Source: Candidatus Cloacimonadales bacterium
GTDB lineage: Bacteria; Cloacimonadota; Cloacimonadia; Cloacimonadales; JAIOQZ01
DNA: 64,000 nucleotides
Direction of reading: 5' to 3'
Assembly: GCA_963674825.1 (NCBI GenBank)
Contig: OY771587.1
Location: 480,001 to 544,000, forward strand
Shown here: positions 59,207 to 64,000 of the stretch, piece after piece
Layout: every line of letters starts with the position of its first letter
How positions within the stretch are numbered: position 1 is the first letter of the stretch
Notes under the pieces: model-generated
The model's database searches: none
The model's input: the letters and a program-made list of their open reading frames with translations, nothing else
What the model was told of the DNA's origin: nothing
Made by a program: the position numbers and the translations under genes

Positions 59207-59443
59207 TTTATATATGAGCAAATGCGAACGGATTATCAACCGGTGACAGAAATGAAACGCTGGATGAGCAACTTGCTTCAGTCGAAGCATTTTCTCTGTT
59301 ACATAATGTTCGTATCACCGTTTCACTCGTAGTTGATCAAGCAATAACGGATTATGCCCCCCAAATATCCGAAAAAAAGCTTTACGTTGAAACCATGTTC
59401 GTACGTTATGACGTGGTTTATTGTATCGTATATCGGAGGTTTA

Positions 59444-61684
59444 ATGAGTTTCAAGCGCTATCTGCTGATTACCCTGCTGCTGCTCATCGGTGCAGTCGGG
59501 CTGTTTGGCGTTGGTGAAAATGTAATTATGGATATCCGGATCGAAGGCAACCAGAACATCGATTCGGAATTGATTTTCTCTGTCGTGACGCTCAAGTATG
59601 GTGATTTCCTTACTGCGGACGAGGTTGCCAATTCGATCAAGAACCTCTACCAGTTGGGTGTTTTCAATAACATCGTGGTTGAAGCTGAAGAATTGACAAG
59701 CGGCGTCGGCGTAGTGATACGCGTGGAAGAATTCCCTATCGTAGAGGAAGTGAATTATATGGGCTACGACGAACTCGACGAAGATGATTTCGAGGAGATC
59801 GTCACTCTTCGCAAAGGCAGCTACTGGTCACCGTATCTGATGGCGGAAACGCGCCAGAAGATGATCGAGAAGTACCAGGAAAAGGGCTACCACTTCGCGA
59901 CCGTCGATTTCGAGACCGAAGAGCTGGATAACAACCGCGTGAATATCACCGTCCTTATCGATGAAGGCGCAGAGATTCGTATCAAGAAAATCCATTTCCA
60001 CGGCAATAAGGAAATACCCTCCGGAAGACTTCGTTACGAGATGTCCGATACAAAGCAGAAAAGCCTCTTCTACTCGGGTAAGTTCGACCAGGAGAAATTC
60101 GAAGCCGATCTGGATAAAATCATCGACTTCTACAGCATCCGCGGTTACATCGATGCACGTATCATCTCGTGGGAAACCAATATCCTCGAAGAAGAGTACA
60201 TGTACATCGACATATTCCTCTACGAAGGCGAGCAATTCATGTTCGGCAACGTCACGGTAGAAGGTAACGAACGCTTTACCGACGAAGTGCTGATCAATCA
60301 GTTTGATTTCGCCGAAGACGAGGTGTTCGACCGCGAGTATTATGAAGAGCAGCTCATGAACCTCAGCTCGCTCTATTACGAAGAAGGATACATATACGCG
60401 CAGTTCGACGAGTCGCTTGAAAAACGTGGCAATTACGTCGATATCCACGTCAGAATCAAGGAAAACACACGTGCGCGTATTCATCAGATAAAAATCACGG
60501 GAAACCGAACAACCAAAGAGAAGATCATTCGCAGGCAGCTTTCGATCGCGCCGGGCGACTATTTCCAGCGATCAAAGCTGATTCAGTCGCAGCGCAACAT
60601 CTACAACCTCGGTTTCTTCGAGCCGGATATGTATCCGGACTGGCGTCAGATCAACGAAAATGGTGATATCGATCTGATCCTTCATCTGAACGACAAACAC
60701 TCCGGTACCGCAAATGGTGGTGTCGGCTACAACAGCACCGATAAGTTCGTCGGACAGCTTGCCGTCTCGCACAACAACCTTTTTGGTAACGCGTGGCGGG
60801 CCAGCTTCCAGTACGAATTCGGTAAATACACGCAGGATTTCCAGCTCGATCTGAGCGATCCATATCTGTTTGACTCCTACTACTCCGGCGGCGTGAGTCT
60901 CTATCGCACGGAGAAGGACTACACATCGTCTAACTTCAACGTTCAGACGAACGGCGGAGGACTCCGCGTGGGGCATTCGGTCGCATTCCTCGATTATGCG
61001 AAACTCACGCTCGGATATTCATTGTCATCCAAGAAGTATCAGGTCCTCGATTACGACGATTCCTATTCGAACACAATCGAAGAACTCGAGGAAAAGGGCT
61101 GGCAATACAACAGTAACGTTTACCTCACTTTCGCTCGCGATAGCCGCGACAATGTGTTCTTCCCCACTTCGGGAACCCAGTTCACCGTTTATCAGGAACT
61201 GGCTGGCGGCCCGATGCAGGGTGACTTCGACTACTATAAGAACATCCTCGAGTTCCGTTACTACCTGAAGACCTTCTGGGAATTCGTGCTCCGAACCAAG
61301 GTTCGCATGGGTTACGTGACAGAGTATGGCCGTTCCGACGAGGTTCCGCCTGAGGAGCGTTTTTACCTTGGCGGTACTGGTTCCGACGGTGTACGCGGTT
61401 ATTCCGACCGTTCCATTGGCCCTACCGACGGTGGTCACAGAGAGATTATCTTCTCAGCCGAATACGCGTTCCCGCTCGCGGGTGACGAAATCATCGGACT
61501 CTTCTTCTTTGATGCCGGCGACAGCTACGACAGCATCGATGAATTCAATTTCTGGAGTCTGAAGAAAGGTGGCGGTATTGGTCTTCGCCTCAGAAGCCCA
61601 CTTGGCCTCATCGGTTTCGACTACGCGTATAACTTCGATGAAGACGACTGGGAGCCACACTTCCAGCTCGGATATACATTCTAA
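59444..61684 (+). CDS. bamA: Outer membrane protein assembly factor BamA
   Basis: POTRA repeats (IRIEGNQ, IHFHGN, IKITGNRTTKEKIIRRQL), ERFYLGG...VRGY loop, SPLGLIGFDYAY, C-terminal F; ATG 59444 after GGAGG. Confidence 0.95.
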   Translation: MSFKRYLLITLLLLIGAVGLFGVGENVIMDIRIEGNQNIDSELIFSVVTLKYGDFLTADEVANSIKNLYQLGVFNNIVVEAEELTSGVGVVIRVEEFPIVEEVNYMGYDELDEDDFEEIVTLRKGSYWSPYLMAETRQKMIEKYQEKGYHFATVDFETEELDNNRVNITVLIDEGAEIRIKKIHFHGNKEIPSGRLRYEMSDTKQKSLFYSGKFDQEKFEADLDKIIDFYSIRGYIDARIISWETNILEEEYMYIDIFLYEGEQFMFGNVTVEGNERFTDEVLINQFDFAEDEVFDREYYEEQLMNLSSLYYEEGYIYAQFDESLEKRGNYVDIHVRIKENTRARIHQIKITGNRTTKEKIIRRQLSIAPGDYFQRSKLIQSQRNIYNLGFFEPDMYPDWRQINENGDIDLILHLNDKHSGTANGGVGYNSTDKFVGQLAVSHNNLFGNAWRASFQYEFGKYTQDFQLDLSDPYLFDSYYSGGVSLYRTEKDYTSSNFNVQTNGGGLRVGHSVAFLDYAKLTLGYSLSSKKYQVLDYDDSYSNTIEELEEKGWQYNSNVYLTFARDSRDNVFFPTSGTQFTVYQELAGGPMQGDFDYYKNILEFRYYLKTFWEFVLRTKVRMGYVTEYGRSDEVPPEERFYLGGTGSDGVRGYSDRSIGPTDGGHREIIFSAEYAFPLAGDEIIGLFFFDAGDSYDSIDEFNFWSLKKGGGIGLRLRSPLGLIGFDYAYNFDEDDWEPHFQLGYTF

Positions 61685-61698
61685 AGATAATTTTCATC

Positions 61699-61732
61699 AA
61701 AGGGATATGGATACTCTCCATATCCTTTTTTT
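61699..61732 (+). terminator. Terminator after bamA
   Basis: AAGGGATATGGA-TACTC-TCCATATCCTTTTTTT. Confidence 0.85.
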
Positions 61733-61904
61733 ATTCAACTCATTAGCTCTTATTACCAATCCCTGTGCCCTCAGATAGATAATTTCACCGATAGAAATCT
61801 CACCGCACCCGCCTTTCGAACTCTCCCAGGAAAATAACTTACTTGACATTACTTTTCACCATAGGAAATTATTACTTTCGATTTACCCATCAAAGGAGCC
61901 TCCT

Positions 61905-64000
61905 GTGAATCAAGAGAAGAAACATCAGGAAACGTTTTACAAGTACAAAGAATATGAATGGATCGCAAGGTCGCGAAAACTTGTCCTTGAAAAAGAATTG
62001 ATGAAAACAGATCTCCTTTACAAAGGCATCATGATCGCGACCCTAATTATCTGCTTGTTAGCAATTTCATCCCCTGTTATCATGAAAGTAATGTACGGGC
62101 AATACTCCAAGAAATTTGGTACACTTAAATGCATTATCGATCCATCACTTCAACTGGGTTTTACAATTCTCCTTATCAACATCGTTCTTGCATGGAGCAT
62201 TCGTAAATATGCGATTTGGCGTTCGCGCAAACCTTCAAGTATTCCACACCGTTTTTCGATACCATGGATGCTAACTGCATACGCTGAAATTAATTTCATC
62301 ATTCTCATCATCTTCAGTTTTCGACTATCCCAAAGCTTTGCATTGATAAACCACAACTTTGCCCAGCTTGGTGTTATCCTTATTCTTCCCTTTCTTAGCT
62401 TATATATTCTACAATCTTTCAGGAAAAAAATCCTGACCGTTTTGAGCCTGTTGCCAATTGCACTAGCGGTGTTCTTCGTCACATATGTAATCAAACATCA
62501 AGATACTGGACGATCTTTTATGCCGGGAGCATTGGGGTATATCGCTATTGATATGTTTATCATGTCATTTCTGTTTTTCAGTAAAACGATGCTGGGAATT
62601 GCTCGGAAAAAGCATATCGAGGAAGAAATAAAAGCGCGCATGCTCTCCTCGATTTATAGTGGTTTCAACCTTTTAAGCTCTCTTGCTGTAATCGGATTTA
62701 CTTTCTTCCCGATTGTGAAAGTTATTCTGGAAAGCCATAGGTTTCCTGTTTTCGATGTAGATCCGTCAATCATAGCAGGAATCAAAGCACTTTTCTCTCA
62801 GTTAATTACAATTGCGACAATTGCCCTGACTTATCTTTTTACTCGAAAAGTCGATCGACTACATAGAAAAGACCAAACCTGGCTCCGGAAGCTCAGGACA
62901 GGCTTTTTCACTCTGTTGCTTGTGCTTGCTCAAGGTGCTTTTCTGACTGCATGGACAAAATCAATCATCATGAATACGCCGATCCTATCCATAACCGTTT
63001 GGAGAGAAAGCAACTACGTTCTGTCTACCGTCATAGTCCTCCTCGTATATTTTTGTCTGATTTTTATGAAGACTCACATAAGAAGCAACTCTATTGAATT
63101 TATAACCTCGCTCACATTGATTAATGTAGCTTTTATATTCAACAATATACTATTCTTCTCGCGGCTAACGGTTGATAACAATTACCATTGGTCAACGTTA
63201 CTGCAGATCAATGCTTTCGTAGGAGTTTTATTTGTCCTCCTATACATCAGCCGCAAGTTGATTAGCATTTTCCTGGAATACAATCAACCCGAAAAGCAGA
63301 GAATGATGTTCCACGGTGTGCAAAAGCGAAATATTGAAAACCAGATACCTCACCTTTTCTGGACTTATTACTTGAAAGCTGCGTCATATTACTACATCAT
63401 TTTCCCGATTTCTCTCTTATGGCTTGCACTGAGCACTATTATTACTTTCATATCAAACTCTCAATACATCATTCTATCAATACCGGGGAATCAAGAATTC
63501 AATAATGAATTGTTTTTCCAAAAATGGATTAACGGGCCTGATTGCCTGATTGCGTTTTTCAGTGCATTTACGGCAGCTGCATTCACTTTTATCTATGTAT
63601 TCCAGGATCATCATAAAGTATTGCGTGAATTCACATCAAAAACAGTTCTTGATTCGATGTTGAATCAGATGAACGATCACCTGATTATTATTGGTATGCA
63701 ATGCCTTGGTGGCAATTTGTTACGAACTGTCTTCCCCGATATCCATATGAGCGAACGCGGTCATCCCCATAAAAGGAGCATCTCTCGTATTCTATTCAAA
63801 ATACTTATAAAAATTCTGAGTCCATCAGGAAAGTCAATCCGCACAACCAATGAAAGTGAACGTTCATTCCGAGTCATCGTTGATGAGAACCTCGGTGTTT
63901 ACCTCGTCTCCACCAAAGTGCTTGTTATCGATAAAGATGAATCACAATTCCGTATGCTTATGGAGAAGCGCTCCGATTATTCCGTAGGTTTTTATACTCC
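61905..64000 (+). CDS. Large AT-rich polytopic membrane protein with a probable RCK/TrkA-N (Rossmann) domain (3' end outside the window)
   Basis: Not in the ORF track. GTG 61905 after AAGGAG; I read it open to the window end (about 698 codons); a dozen or more hydrophobic segments, then MNDHLIIIGMQCLGGNLL...KVLVIDKDESQF. Confidence 0.8.
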   Translation, partial: MNQEKKHQETFYKYKEYEWIARSRKLVLEKELMKTDLLYKGIMIATLIICLLAISSPVIMKVMYGQYSKKFGTLKCIIDPSLQLGFTILLINIVLAWSIRKYAIWRSRKPSSIPHRFSIPWMLTAYAEINFIILIIFSFRLSQSFALINHNFAQLGVILILPFLSLYILQSFRKKILTVLSLLPIALAVFFVTYVIKHQDTGRSFMPGALGYIAIDMFIMSFLFFSKTMLGIARKKHIEEEIKARMLSSIYSGFNLLSSLAVIGFTFFPIVKVILESHRFPVFDVDPSIIAGIKALFSQLITIATIALTYLFTRKVDRLHRKDQTWLRKLRTGFFTLLLVLAQGAFLTAWTKSIIMNTPILSITVWRESNYVLSTVIVLLVYFCLIFMKTHIRSNSIEFITSLTLINVAFIFNNILFFSRLTVDNNYHWSTLLQINAFVGVLFVLLYISRKLISIFLEYNQPEKQRMMFHGVQKRNIENQIPHLFWTYYLKAASYYYIIFPISLLWLALSTIITFISNSQYIILSIPGNQEFNNELFFQKWINGPDCLIAFFSAFTAAAFTFIYVFQDHHKVLREFTSKTVLDSMLNQMNDHLIIIGMQCLGGNLLRTVFPDIHMSERGHPHKRSISRILFKILIKILSPSGKSIRTTNESERSFRVIVDENLGVYLVSTKVLVIDKDESQFRMLMEKRSDYSVGFYT

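Overview
About 64 kb of chromosome from a diderm FCB-group bacterium, most likely Cloacimonadota. This assignment is an inference from C25 gingipain-like proteins ending in the NYPNPFNPET...IYNIKGQLVK...SSGIYFYRL...KMLLLK sorting domain, an LPVELSAF motif, and BamA plus LPS genes. The window is mostly housekeeping: three tRNAs, rng/rne, rplU-rpmA, LPS glycosyltransferases with LptF/G, serC, tsaA, PMM/PGM, rdgB, ispD/ispF, an oversized glmS, trmFO, asparaginase and bamA. It also carries signalling genes (two hybrid kinases, a REC-PP2C protein, CheW plus an MCP, an OmpR-type regulator), secreted proteins and a heterodimeric ABC exporter. The best candidate for an undescribed system is missing from the ORF track. 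At 54642-54945 is a complete miniature flagellin-type transcription unit: a perfect sigma-28 promoter, two CsrA-type sites (one overlapping the SD), a 46-aa ORF that aligns without gaps to the flagellin C-terminal D0 helix, and its own terminator. Other notable items are a leader-peptide/tandem-terminator attenuator before the ABC exporter, a GlmS with a 25-aa extension before its catalytic Cys, a frameshift separating a C25 protease from its sorting signal, three REP-like repeat families, recurrent -35-only promoters, and two large edge ORFs the track omits. All protein calls come from motif recognition by eye; no searches were run.
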